Position numbers and translations under genes: made by a program
Notes under the pieces: generated by a model
Database searches by the model: none
Told to the model about the DNA's origin: nothing
The model's input: only the letters and a program-made list of their open reading frames with translations
Source: Flectonema sp. DT1601
Lineage: Eukaryota
Assembly: GCA_964019425.1 (NCBI GenBank)
Contig: OZ025785.1
Location: forward strand, 496,001 to 560,000
Direction of reading: 5' to 3'
Length of the DNA stretch: 64,000 nt
Shown: positions 44,989 through 57,421 of the stretch, piece after piece
Layout of the letters: each line of letters opens with the position of its first letter
Position numbering within the stretch: position 1 is the stretch's first letter

Positions 44989-46830
44989 ATGAATCGGCCA
45001 TTGAACTATCATAAGGCAAAGAGATTATTGTTCCTGTCAAGAAGATGTTATGTAGGAATGCCGCCACCTCCTCCACCTCCACTTCCACCAATGCAACCAT
45101 CTGGTTATTATCAAAGCAGTGGAGCAGGACAACCATTAAATAATGGAGAACCACTTGTCGTTCAGGTTAAGGCAACTCGATTAGAAGTTGCTAGACAGCT
45201 TCTCTGGTTAGGTCTCACTGGTGGAGTTCTCGGTTATGCCTATTGGACATTAAGTACGACATGGGATCCGCAGAGCATGGCAAATGGTAAAACAGGTGCC
45301 TTTAAAAACGGAGAAGTCAAACCAACCGACCTAACAAACTTCACCGTCACATTCTCAGAAGTCTTAGGATGCGATGAGGCGAAGGAAGAACTTGAGGAAG
45401 TTGTTGATTTTCTTAAGAATCCTTCTAAGTACACAAGACTTGGCGGCAAACTCCCTAAAGGAGCACTCCTAGTAGGACCCCCAGGAACTGGTAAAACAAT
45501 GTTAGCCAAGGCAATTGCCAAAGAAGCAGGAGTTCCATTCTTTTATATGTCTGGAGCTGAATTTGATGAAGTATTTGTGGGAGTTGGGAGTAGGAGAGTG
45601 AGAGAACTGTTTGAGGCGGCTAAAAAAAATACCCCTTCACTTATCTTTATAGATGAATTGGATGCAATAGGAAGTAAAAGATCAACAAAAGACAGCTCAT
45701 ACCACCGTATGACACTTAATCAAATGTTGAGTGAAATGGACGGGTTTCTATCGTCGGATGAAGTGATCGTAATCGGTGCAACAAATACACCAAAAACACT
45801 TGATCCTGCCTTGACCAGACCTGGTAGACTCGACAGGATTATAACTGTAGACCCTCCAGACATAAAAGGACGAGAGGCGATCATAAAAATGTATTTAGAC
45901 AAAGTTAAAAAATCACCTGATATCTCAGCATTTACAATAGCAAAGGGTCTTCCTGGATTCTGTGGAGCTGATTTAAAGAACGTCGTTAACATAGCAGCTT
46001 TGAGAGCCGCGATGCAAAATAAAAAACAAGTCTCTGAAGAAGACTTGGAATACGCGAGAGACAGAGTCTCAATGGGTGCTGAAAATAGATCTAAAATAAT
46101 ACCTGAAAAAGAACGTAGGATTACAGCATGGCATGAAGCAGGACATGCCCTAACTGCCTTACTAAGTAAGGGTTCTGATCCAGTACATAAAGCAACTATA
46201 GTACCAAGAGGTGGTGGTATTCTTGGACTCGTCCTTCAATATCCAGAAGAAGACAGATATTCTCAGTCTCGTGAAATGATGGAAGCCAGACTAAAGGTTT
46301 GCTTAGCTGGTCGGGCTGCTGAAGAGCTTCTTTTAGGACACTCAGACGTTACTTCAGGAGCAGCAAGTGATTTTCAACAAGCAACATCACTAGCAAGAAC
46401 TATGGTTAGACAGTACGGCATGGATGAAAAGGGTGTCGGGGTAGTTGATTACTCAACAACCATGACATTGGAAGGAAGATATTTATCAGAAGAGACAAAG
46501 CAAAAGATTGAGGTATGAATTCCTTCCTTTCTTTATCATTTTCACTCTTTTATTTAATAACAATCAACACAGGCTGCAACCAGACATCTTTTAGACGATA
46601 GCTATGAATATTGTACTAAACTACTACTAAACAATAAACCAACACTGAAAGCTATTGCTGAAGCACTTCTATTACACGAGACTCTTGACTCAGTTCAATT
46701 AGCAACTCTACTTAAAGGTGGTACTTTAGGACCTCCAAAACCAACCATCTCAACAGCGAGTGGAAAGTCAAAGCAATCAGCGACACAGTCACGTACTTCT
46801 GGTTCAGATAAAAATAGTTCGTTTGTTTAG
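44989..46830 (+). CDS. YME1: FtsH/YME1-like ATP-dependent zinc metalloprotease; exons 44989-46512, 46573-46830
   Basis: Walker A GPPGTGKT, Walker B IFIDE, TNTP..LDPALTRPGRLD, HEAGH. Second exon AIAEALLLHETL is in frame. Confidence 0.93.
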
Positions 46831-47659
46831 ATGTTTGTTGTTTTACTTGATGATTGCTTGTTTGAATAAGTACCCGTGTGGTAACATAGACAGGAGAGAG
46901 AGGGAAAAAAAAAAATGAATTACAGTAATCTCATAGAGAAGTAGTTCTTTGATTTTTTTTTTTTTTTTTTGTATATTTAAACCTCTCGTTTACGCAATGC
47001 GTTTTTTTTTTTTTTTTTTAAATTTTTTTTTTAATCCGCTGTTTCCCGTCGGGAAATTGCTGAGACGAAGGGCAGTGATGTGTCTTCTCCAAACTTTTGG
47101 GTGGACTCCCTTATTTTTATTTTAATGTGTCTCATTGAGAAGGGATTTTAAAAAAAAAAAAAAAAAAATTGGATGTTGACAAGAACACAGATAATCCTTT
47201 ATATGTTTTTACGATCTGACGGGTCTGACATGGATGGTTCGGCGCACTTCTTTTTTTTTTTTGCTGAATATAATTTAGATTTTATCAAGGAAGAATTTCG
47301 ATTTTCAAAAAAAAAAAAAAAAAAAAAATTAACTGTTTGTTAGTTTTCTTCACATCACGCTGTGGGGCCTGGGCAAGCTCATGGCACCTGTTGAAAAATC
47401 ACAACATCCCTTGTGCCTGTTGGTACTTCCCAAGCTAGGTGTGTTATATGAGACAGGAAGTTTTTTTTTTTTTTTTTTTTTGTTGGTTTCATTGGTTCTA
47501 TTAGTTTGTGTGTTTGTTGTTCTACTATCGCAGCTGATGGTGAAGGACGTTATTGTGTCGTGGATGACACACCCTCTATTTTTAAAAAAACAATTTTTCT
47601 TACATTTAGTTAGAATCAATAATTCGTTCCCCACCTGCTTGGGCTATCCCACAAGTAAA

Positions 47660-47692
<33 letters not shown>

Positions 47693-48030
47693 TTTGTTTT
47701 TGTTTCTGTGTTCTAGAATTGCGGTGAAATCGCTATCAGACGAAAAAAAAAAAAAAAAAAAAGGTAGTGCAAAAAATTGTTACAAGAAAAAAAAAAAAAA
47801 GAGCAAGAAAAAAAAACAAAACAAAAAAGAACGAGAGAATAATCCTTTCTGCTTATACTTATTCCGTTCGACTGCGATTGTTATTCTGTTTTTTCATGAT
47901 ACTTGTTATCATCCTGACAGGTAGGAGGGTTTACACATTTAATGAAACTGCAACATTCTAAATCATTTATTATTATTGTAATCAATTACCAAAAAAAAAA
48001 AGAGAAAACAGGGAAAAAAAAAAAAAAAAG

Positions 48031-48624
48031 ATGCCACAGCATGAAGAACTTCCTCAGAGAGAAAGAAAGTCTCGCAGGCCTTTAAAAGAAACGAAATCGG
48101 TCCAACCAGCAGTAGAAGAAGAGAGAGATGATGATATAAATAATTACACAGAGGAATGTCCGATTAATAGAATTTCAAAATTTGAATATTTAGATCACAC
48201 GGCAGATATCCAAGTTCATAGTTGGGGAGATAGTCTGATTGAAGCATTTGAAAATCAATGTCTGGGAATGTACGACTACATGACTGACAGAGCTCTTGTT
48301 AATCCTTCTCAGTCTCGTCAATTTTCTGTTGAGGGTGCTCATGATATTTCATCATTACTATTCAGGTTTATGGATGAAATGCTTTTCGTATTCTCAGCTG
48401 ATCTATTCACTGTTCACGACTGTAAGATAACTTCAATAGACTTAGTTAATTGGTCACTCTCAGGAATGGTTTGGGGTGAACAGTGGGATTCAAAAAAACA
48501 CACAATCGGAACAGAAATCAAAGCAATCACATTCGGTTCTCTTGAAGTCCTCCAACCTGGTGATTCTGTTAATCCTGTTGAACATAAAGATGAATGGAAC
48601 GCGTATATCATTCTCGATATTTGA
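48031..48624 (+). CDS. Archease
   Basis: FEYLDHTADIQVHSWG...GTEIKAIT...IILDI. Confidence 0.93.
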   Translation: MPQHEELPQRERKSRRPLKETKSVQPAVEEERDDDINNYTEECPINRISKFEYLDHTADIQVHSWGDSLIEAFENQCLGMYDYMTDRALVNPSQSRQFSVEGAHDISSLLFRFMDEMLFVFSADLFTVHDCKITSIDLVNWSLSGMVWGEQWDSKKHTIGTEIKAITFGSLEVLQPGDSVNPVEHKDEWNAYIILDI

Positions 48625-48889
48625 ATAATCGGAGAATAAATTATTTAAGAACGTTGATTTTCTCTTCTAACCCGCATGCGCAACTGCGCCTTTCTTTTTT
48701 TTAAAAAAGTTATTTCCTATTTTATAATTATTTACTTAATTCACAGTCTCTGTACACCCACTTAGTAGTGTATAATGCAATTGATGGGATAGAACATAAG
48801 TAAAGTACGACATCATTCTAATAAAACTTTGGAAAAAAAAAAAAAAAAAAAAAAAAAAAGTGGCGAAAACGTTAACCAAAGAGTTGCTA

Positions 48890-50491
48890 ATGACTCCAAA
48901 ATTTATGGAGGGAAGTGATAATGAAGAAACGCTGCCGGATAGTCCGACTACTGTAGATTCAGGTAGTAGATTACCGAGTCAGGAAAGTTCAGTGAATGGA
49001 AAGAGTACGAAAAGTGGATCACCCAAACACAGACGAGAAGGAGAATACCCTGCTGGAGAGCAATCCAACGTTGCTAAACTGCTATGCGACAACAGCCTTG
49101 AAGAGTACTGTGAGATTATGGAGAAAGAAGGTTACGACGATATTGAGGATCTAATGGCACTCAGTGTTGATGATGCTAATGGTTTTAACTGTCTTATACC
49201 AAAAGCAGGTCATAGACGTAAACTAGCGAGACTGTTACAGGCTACTTCGAAGTCGAAAAGTCCAGCACCTCAACAACTACCACCAATGGTTCCAATACGG
49301 CAATCAGCAAGTCCAACAAATAGCATCGATGGTGAGAGATTAATTCCTCGACGATCTAGGACTACATCACCACCAAAACATAGAGACATATCACCACTGA
49401 CAGTCTCTCCTCCTCTTAGTAGGAACTCTCCTCCTCTTAGTAGGAACGCTTCTCCATCTTCAGTAGTCATTCAGCTTGATCAGACACAGTTAATGAATTT
49501 AGCTGGTCAGAATGGTACTGTTTTAATGCATAATGGTGGTAATAGATATATCTTTCAACCAATTCCTCAGGTGCCGGCGTATCAGCAGCCGACTGCAGCA
49601 ATGGAAGTGCTGTCTGAAAAGAGCTCAACCTTAGCGATTAGCGCTGATTCTGATACTGGTGAATCTCTATTGATTACTGGTGTTCCAGAGAAGAAACCAT
49701 CTCGACATCATAAAAGGCCTAGCTCTCCTTTAGAGGTAAGCGATTCACCCAACTCGTCACTCGCGGCAAGTCAATCTGCTCAAAGCGGAACATCATCCCC
49801 GCTATCATATTTAAATATGCAAGAACAAGGTAGATTTAAGGTAATTGTTGTTGGTGATGCTGGTACTGGAAAAACTTCATTTATTCATCAACTTGTTCAT
49901 CAAAAATTCGCTCCGAACACTAAAGCAACAATTGGATTAGATTGGAGAGAAAAACAATTTAAAATTCAAGGAGGATACGTGACCATACAATTTTGGGATA
50001 TAAGTGGACAAGAACGTTTCGCAAACGTTACGAGAGCGTATTACCAAGGAGCTCATGGGGCTATTGTTTGTTTTGATAGAAGTAATTTAAAGTCACTCGA
50101 AACAGTCTCTAAATGGAAGAAAGACATCGACAGTAAAGTATTCGTCGGTGGTGGTACAGACGGATATGTAATCCCATGTTTGTTATTGGCAAATAAATGT
50201 GATCTTCACAACAAGGGAGGGATAAGTCCTGATGATTTACAAGCTGTTTGTAGAAAGCATCGATTCATCTCATCATTTGAGACCAGTGCTAAATTAAACT
50301 ATAATGTGCAACCTGCAGCTGAATTTCTAATGCAGGCGATGATGAAAAATTCTGATGCTCCGCCTCCAACACATAACATCCCTATTTCTGGTGGTATTAA
50401 TTACATTCCACATGCTGTAGGTCCACAGTCAACTGCTACAACCCTTCGACCACCTCGAAAACAACGAAAAAGTGGAGGATGTTGTCAATAG
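48890..50491 (+). CDS. SAM domain + Rab GTPase (Rab32/38-like) fusion
   Basis: SAM-like LEEYCEIMEKEGYDDIEDL...KAGHRRKL; GDAGTGKT, TIG, WDISGQERF, NKCD, ETSAK; C-terminal GCCQ. Confidence 0.88.
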   Translation: MTPKFMEGSDNEETLPDSPTTVDSGSRLPSQESSVNGKSTKSGSPKHRREGEYPAGEQSNVAKLLCDNSLEEYCEIMEKEGYDDIEDLMALSVDDANGFNCLIPKAGHRRKLARLLQATSKSKSPAPQQLPPMVPIRQSASPTNSIDGERLIPRRSRTTSPPKHRDISPLTVSPPLSRNSPPLSRNASPSSVVIQLDQTQLMNLAGQNGTVLMHNGGNRYIFQPIPQVPAYQQPTAAMEVLSEKSSTLAISADSDTGESLLITGVPEKKPSRHHKRPSSPLEVSDSPNSSLAASQSAQSGTSSPLSYLNMQEQGRFKVIVVGDAGTGKTSFIHQLVHQKFAPNTKATIGLDWREKQFKIQGGYVTIQFWDISGQERFANVTRAYYQGAHGAIVCFDRSNLKSLETVSKWKKDIDSKVFVGGGTDGYVIPCLLLANKCDLHNKGGISPDDLQAVCRKHRFISSFETSAKLNYNVQPAAEFLMQAMMKNSDAPPPTHNIPISGGINYIPHAVGPQSTATTLRPPRKQRKSGGCCQ

Positions 50492-50730
50492 TAATCGCTG
50501 ACTGTCATTTGGGGGTTTTGACCATTTTTTCATGCGTCTCGTATTGTCATCCAAGTAGGGGGGGTGACACCAGAGATTTTTTTTTTTTTTTTTTTGTACT
50601 TACTACTAATTACTGTTTTTTTTAAAAAAAAAAAATTGACGAAAAAAGACTTTTAACAACACGAAACTCAATAATGCAGTTCGTTTTTAAATATTGAGGG
50701 TCGTCTGTCTCCTCTGTGAGAAGGCTATCA

Positions 50731-50769
<39 letters not shown>

Positions 50770-52974
50770 ACTTGAAGTCGCTACCTGTTGTTTTAGAGGT
50801 AAGCGGCACATTACCTTTAGTAGAAATTAAATTCTTAAGTTATTCTCCGGATTAAATTTTGTTTTTTATTTTTTTACTTTTCTTTCTTGATCGTTGCATC
50901 TTTCCTGTATAATTTGCCCACCACACGTTTTATTTATTTAAGTTTTTTTTTTTTCAAACCATCAATTAGGTTATTACCTCTGAGCCCTCATCAAGTTTTC
51001 TTTGAGAGACCACAACTGGAACTCGGTGTGGCATAAAAAAGGGAGAGACGTGGAAGAAGGGAAGAAAAATGACGTGGGTGTCCGTTGTGCGTGATTTTTT
51101 TTGTGTTTCAATGCCATTCGAAAAATGTGTAGAAGCCGATCGGGGGATTAATTTTCTATATCCCGTTTCTTTTTTCATTTTATGCGCAATGTCCTGCACG
51201 GTATTTTTTTGTCGTACTTTTTTTCTCAGTTTAGCCTTTTTACTTATCCTTGAGTATCTTAAATGTTTATTACTGACTTTTTTTTTTCCCTACGTTGTCA
51301 AACTACCACCCCTCTCGTGTGTTTTGTTTTTGTTTATATGGCTTATGCAGCATTTGTGCCCGAGTTCTTTTTTTTTTTTTCCCTTCCTGCGAGCTTTAAG
51401 ATTGTTCGCATGTACTCCAGTTCTCTAATTCTAATGTAGCGCCGTATAATTGCAATGCTTATTAATGAAGCCCAGGGAATTTTAACTGCCTCTCAATAAG
51501 CATGCAGTGCTCACAACCAATTTTTTTTTCTCCCTTTTTTTTTTTTTAAAAATGCGCAAACCGGAAAACAAAACCTACAAACTGTAACGTTGCTACTAAC
51601 TGGTTTCGGGGAAGAGATGCGTGTGGAACACGTCGGGTGGTTTTTTTTATTTAGTTTATCTGTCATAAAAATGATACACTCATGTGTGTAGTCATTGGAA
51701 CGTATTCTTATGTTATAACGTGTGCAGTATATAGCCGGGTGTGTTTTTTTTTTTTTTTTTTTGTTGTTGCGTGATTGCTGTGCTGGTAGTTAACAAGGAG
51801 CCTTACACATATCCGGTACAGAGATCGTGAAAGCACTTGACACAACCTATCTGAAGCAAGGATAAATAACAGTTTATTTCGTAATACGTTATATCTTCCT
51901 CCCTTTTCCATCATGAACGGTAAGCGCATCTGGAGAATGCACGTTGGCATTTCCTTCTACTCAATGCAAGTGTTTTTTTCTTTTTTTTTTTTTTGTTATG
52001 TCCCTATTTTGAAGTTCAAAGTGTGTCCTCTCATGTAGAAGGTTGTTCCCTTTTGTCGTTTCATATTTGGTATTCAACTACGATTTTTTATTTTCTTTTT
52101 TTTCCATCCCACTGTTTTGTTCCCTAAACGACAACAAAGATGTTGAAGGTGAGGAGCGTGTGCTTCATTGGTATACTTATTGAATTCTTTTTTAATAAAA
52201 AGAAAGGAATTAGAAAAAAAAAAAAACTTTAAACTCCGCGTGCAAGAAATTTAAAAAAAAAAAAAAAACTTAGAAAAATTCCTAACGAGAAAAGAAAAAA
52301 ATAAAAAAAATGTGTGTATCTTACCGAAAGGTTTTTGTTGTTCGTTTCCTTTTTCCTTCTCTTCCTGTGCCCCTTCTTATTACTTCTATTGTGATGGATG
52401 CCTGTTTGAGATGGTTTTGTGCGCAGTGCATCGACGTTTTGAAAATCTTCTCCTTTTAAAAAAAAAAAAAAAAATAGGGAAGGAATTCATTTTTTTTGTT
52501 CCGATTATGATGAACTTTTCCCAGTGAGTTTACGTTTACATTGGAATAGTCTCCTGTGTAGAAATCACTACCTAGAATCATTTTTTTTAAGCTGTTTTTA
52601 GCCTAACACTCTCAATTTGACCCAAAAATCGACTCTTTTACGAAGCAACACAGATGGGTTGATTGGTCAGCAATGAGAGACCTTTTTTTTTTTTTTTTTT
52701 TTTGACAGACATGCACAAAAATTAGGCAAAAAAAAAAAAAAAAAAAAAAAAGGGGAATCTATGCTACCACCCTCTCTTGTTCTGGTTCTGTACCTTTTTT
52801 TTTTTTTTTTTTTTTTTTTTTTCCCCTTCAAAAAAAAGAAATAGTTTTATTTCAAATCAGGTACTTTATGTTTTGAGAAGAAGTGTCCCTATTAAACTCG
52901 CTTCCCTCCTTTTTTTTTTTTTTTTTTTTAATTTTTTCTTTGATTAACAACTACAAATATTCTTGATGAACTAA

Positions 52975-53490
52975 ACGTTGTTACTGTATTTACAATTGTC
53001 AAAGTTTTCACCCCCCTTTCGGTACCAATTGTTGATTTTCTTATATTGCAACCAGGTTTGGCAGAACCCTATTCTCGTTTTTTAGTCAGTTTTTCAAGTT
53101 GCTTTCCATTTAATATTAGTTATCAAGTTACTCCCCTTTTTTTTTTAAAAAAATTTTTTTATTGGGTTTAAAAAAGAAATCTTTACTATCAGTCAAACAC
53201 GTTATTTCTTTTCGCGTAGCGGTTTTATTTTTTTTCACCGAACGAAGTCGGGAGAGAGAGAAAGAGAGAAAGAGGGAGAGAAACACATTCAGATTTAGAT
53301 ATGTCAGTCTCACTGTTTGCGATACAATAAGAATAATTTATTTATATAAAAGGCTTTTTCTGAAAAGAAACTATTTATGTCAAGGTGTGTATTTCCCCCC
53401 CTTCCATTTAATATTAGTATCAAGTTACCCCCCGTGCACCAGTAATGCTGTCTGCGATCGACAAAAACATAACGCTTATCTGAAATGGTT
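52975..53490 (+). repeat. Dispersed intergenic repeat family copy (longest in window)
   Basis: Shares blocks with 14410-14760, 4055-4190, 61475-61595 and 56774-56812. Confidence 0.7.
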
Positions 53491-53875
53491 TTAAAGGCTT
53501 TTTCTTCCTTGTTTTATGTAAACAGTAATTAGATGCTCTTGGGTTTTGAAAAAAAAAAAATAGAAAAAAATGGAAATATGAGAGAAACAAAGTCCTATAC
53601 TATATTATCACTTATGTTATTCTACGTCTCTTATCGTCTGTGAGAGTCTCACAGTTGCTGGTAGCGATATAACTGTTACCCTGTTGAGCTTTTCCTGACT
53701 TTTGGCTTCCTAGGCTTCGTAAATATATAAATGTAAGTCTGTGGAACTGCGTTTTTGCAAAATAGATCACCTCTCTTTTTTTTTTAAAAAAACAAAATAA
53801 AAAAAAAAAAAAACTCATATGCTACTGCTTTTGGTGGCCGTGTGTATGTTGTATTTTTATTTATTATTATTATTA

Positions 53876-55879
53876 GAGATTTTCGCTATTGGGGGGTCCA
53901 ATAATTCCATTTTCGCTATTCAGTAAAAGAATTTTTTTTTTTTTCGCTGTTCACTGAATATGATATTTTTTTTTCGCTATTCACTGAAAGTGATAATTTT
54001 TTTTCTCCATTCAGTAACAAAAAAAAAAAAATTTTCGCTGTTCATGAAAAAAAAAAAAAATTCAAAAAAAAAAAAAAAAAATTGACACTTTTTTTGCCAC
54101 CAAAATGACAAAATCGTCCGTCCTTGTCCGCAATGTGCCACTTAGTCCCAGGGTTTGCCACCTCCGCTGCGCGGCACCACGACTCTAAGAATTTGTACCC
54201 GTCGTGGGGATCCCCGTTGATCTCCCTATCCGCCTTCTGCAGCGCGCGATAGGCGGTGTCCACCCCCTTCTCCTTCATGTCTGCGATTAAACACGCCGCG
54301 GTGTATTTCTCCTAGAGACCTATGTTTAGTGTTGTGGCAAAAACTAATAGTAACCAACCAGAATACAATTATGAGGCAGGCAGGCATACCTACACTTTTC
54401 AGCAGCAAGGTATGAGACAGTATTCTTCATACCGTAGGAGCTGCTTTCTCCAGCAGCACACGTGCTGTCGTGCCGGAGAACCACACGCGTTATGTGGTAG
54501 CAACCTTCGTCTGTTGCTGTGGCACATACTTTCCACCCACATGCGTTTGTGCACGTGAATGTTCACCCTTTTCCCCACTACGTGGCTTGTCTTAAACCCC
54601 CTTCCCGAAGAACAACAAGCGAGGGTTACCCTCGCGCGAAGTGCATCAAAGGATTGAAAGGTTCCCTCAATACTAGGTCTTGTGTCAGCCAAAGCTGAGG
54701 CAGGCTGAGTTTCAGTGGCAGCAGGTTGAGTTTCAACTATGTTTCCGGGCATCTTAGAGATTGAGAATAAGAGTTCGTAGTAAAAGAGTAAAAGCCTAGA
54801 GAGAAAGAAAAACGTTTATGATTAGGAACTTGTACGTTTTACCGAACGAAGCATCGTAGCCGACCAGTTTCCTTCGAGAATCCGCAGATGGTGCAGGGCT
54901 AAACCGAGATGAGGAAGATAACACCCGCACACGGATGTTGAGATAACGTTTGTATGATGTTCATCTGGCTTGACGAGATTAGCAAAGACAAGTACTCACG
55001 GAAAGGTTGGGTTGTTCGTCAGGTCCTGATAGTGTGCTCAGCCTCTGAAAAATTTACTGAGTGCATGCAAAGAACGGTATGTGTGCAGGGCTGGGTCACC
55101 TTACAGAGAACTGTTGTCCTCTTACACGTCATTCCAACCGAATTTCAAAGTCAAGACACCTGCGAGTTACAGACAGCCTGGTCGCAAGCGACACTCCTGT
55201 TTCTGACCGGGTTATCAGGGTATCTAACTCATGCAAGCATGAGAGCTTTTTTAAGGCTACTTTGAATTATCAAGAGCGCAGTACTGCCCGAAGGGTTCCC
55301 GCGTGTCAAGATGCATTTGCATGTACTGAGCAGAAGTTCCAGAAAGATTACTTTTATCATTTCCCAAGTCATCACATCTTTGACCGTTTGTGTTGGCTTT
55401 CAATCAATCCATTATCATAAATCCACAGATGAGTGTGCTGAATAGAAAGTAAAACGGCACAAAGCTTTTGTCCAAGTGACAAAAAAAATTGTTCAAGGTA
55501 CCAGCATGTTCCCAGCAAAGAAGAAAAAGAAAAAAAAAAAAAAAAAAAAAAAAAAGGAAAAAAAAAAGGGGGGAAAAAAAAATTTTTTTTTGGCAGTGGA
55601 AAAAGTTGTAACTTGTAGTGAACAGCGAAAAAAAATTTGTAACTTGTAGTGAACAGCGAAAAAAAAATTTCAACTTGTAGTGAATAGCGAAAAAAAATTT
55701 CAACTTCTAGCGAATAGCGAAAAAAAAATTGTAACTTGTAGTGAACAGCGAAAAAAAAAATTTTCTTTTACTGAACGGCGAAAAAAAATTATCACTTCTA
55801 GTGAACAGCGAAAAAAAAGTTACTGCTTTTAGTGAATAGCGAAAATGACATTATCAGGCACCCCAATAGCGAAAATCTC
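53876..55879 (-). mobile_element. Internally deleted Mutator-like (MULE) DNA transposon
   Basis: TIR gagattttcgctattgggg / ccccaatagcgaaaatctc; long subterminal arrays of ttttcgct(a/g)ttcact; ttattatta on both flanks (9 bp, inside a TTA microsatellite); MuDR remnant inside. Confidence 0.88.
54082..54752 (-). pseudogene. Frameshifted MuDR/MULE transposase N-terminal remnant
   Basis: GTFQSFDALRARV...GFK; another frame CTNACGWKVCA...HITRVVLRHDSTC (MuDR/WRKY-type Zn finger); then GYKFLESWCRAAEVANPGT. Ends before the DDE domain. Confidence 0.8.
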
Positions 55880-56112
55880 TTATTATTATTATTATTATTT
55901 TTTTTTAAAATGCAAATTAGCACGGAATCCTTACAGAGGAAGACTTGCATTTTTTTTTTTTTGAAAAATCGCAGGCAGGGGAACATATAATGGAAACACC
56001 AGTCAATATGAGAGCTTTGGCATTTCCCCTTGACACCATCGTTTTAAAACATACTTTACGAAAATGTACGTGAAAAAAACTGTACCTTTTTCTTGTTAGT
56101 CTAAGACGGTTG

Positions 56113-56260
56113 TTTTTCGCTATGGGGACGCCGTGATAATGTCATTTTCGCTATTCAATAGAAGTGATAACCTCTTTTTTTTTCTTTTTTTTTTTTTTCG
56201 CCGTTCAGTAAAGAGGAATTTTTAATGTTTTATTTCGCTTTTCACTAGAAGTAACTTTTT
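56113..56260. mobile_element. Solo degraded end of the same MULE family
   Basis: ttttcgctatgggg...tgataatgtcattttcgctattca is an inverted relative of 55830-55875. Confidence 0.7.
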
Positions 56261-56966
56261 TCTCTTGGCAATTTTTCCTTTCGAAAAAAAAAAAAAAAAA
56301 AAAAAAAAAATTCATTTACTGAGCTACGGAAACTAAATTCTTGGACTCCCCCCAATCCTAGTCTTGCTAACTAAGATGCTTCAGTCACAACAGATGATTG
56401 ACTTACTTCTACACCATACTGATGATGAGAGAATAGAGGTAAGAGGTATATGGATTACTCTCGAAACCTAATAGTTACTTTAAAAGGCTAAGTTAAGCAT
56501 CACACCTAGTCACTGTATCTCAGAACTAATGTTAAATTATCGTTATGTTTTTTATGATACAAAACATTTGTATTTTACGTACAAAATCAAACAGTTATCC
56601 CCCCAATCGCGAAAATCTCAAAAAACACAAAAGAAACTATCTGCGCGTTTCCTCTTTCTTTTTTTTTCTTTTCTATGTCATTTTTAGCATGGTCAAACGA
56701 CAATTCTTTTTTTTTTTTTTTTTTTCCCTCCCTTCTGACTGGGTCTACAACTGGCCTGTTTTTAATACCTGAAGTTGTTACTGTTTTTACATTGTCAAGG
56801 TTTCACCCCTTCTGACAGGGTCAACAATTGGTGTGAGAAAGGGGTGTGGAAAAAAAACGAAGAAAATTAAATAAAATTAAGATAAGGGTGAACGAAAAGG
56901 GAATGCAGTTTTTTTTTAAATTTTTTTTTAAAATAATAAATCTAACGTTCGATGCGAAAAATTTGC

Positions 56967-56997
<31 letters not shown>

Positions 56998-57421
56998 GTT
57001 TCTCAAACTTTTCCCGTATTCTAGAAATAATCAAAAAAAAGAAACGAAAGAAAAAAGAAACCCCCTTCTTGATGTTGACCCAAGGGTTCCGCCTGAGAAA
57101 AAAAAAACTGGCTTTTTGCTCATCACGGTGGTCCAATTTAGAATAGGAAAAAGAACAAAAACATTATAATTCTTTTTTTTTTTCCCCCCGATCTTCTTCC
57201 CATCTTTTCCCCCCTCTAATTTCCAATATTTTCTCATATCCCCTACAACGAAAAAAAATAAAATAAATAACAATAAATAAATAAAAAAAACGTCAGCAAA
57301 TCGGCTGCGAGTTAGTGACAAAAACTTTTTAGTTGTTAAGCAACATTGTTTAAACTTTTTATTTTTTAAAAAAAAAAAAAGAGAAACATATTTATTTTTA
57401 TACCAGGTCCTCTACGTCAGC

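Noticed and set aside
50500..57400. Many 60-120 aa K/F-rich ORFs here and in other intergenic regions
   Set aside because: Translations of poly-A/poly-T tracts.
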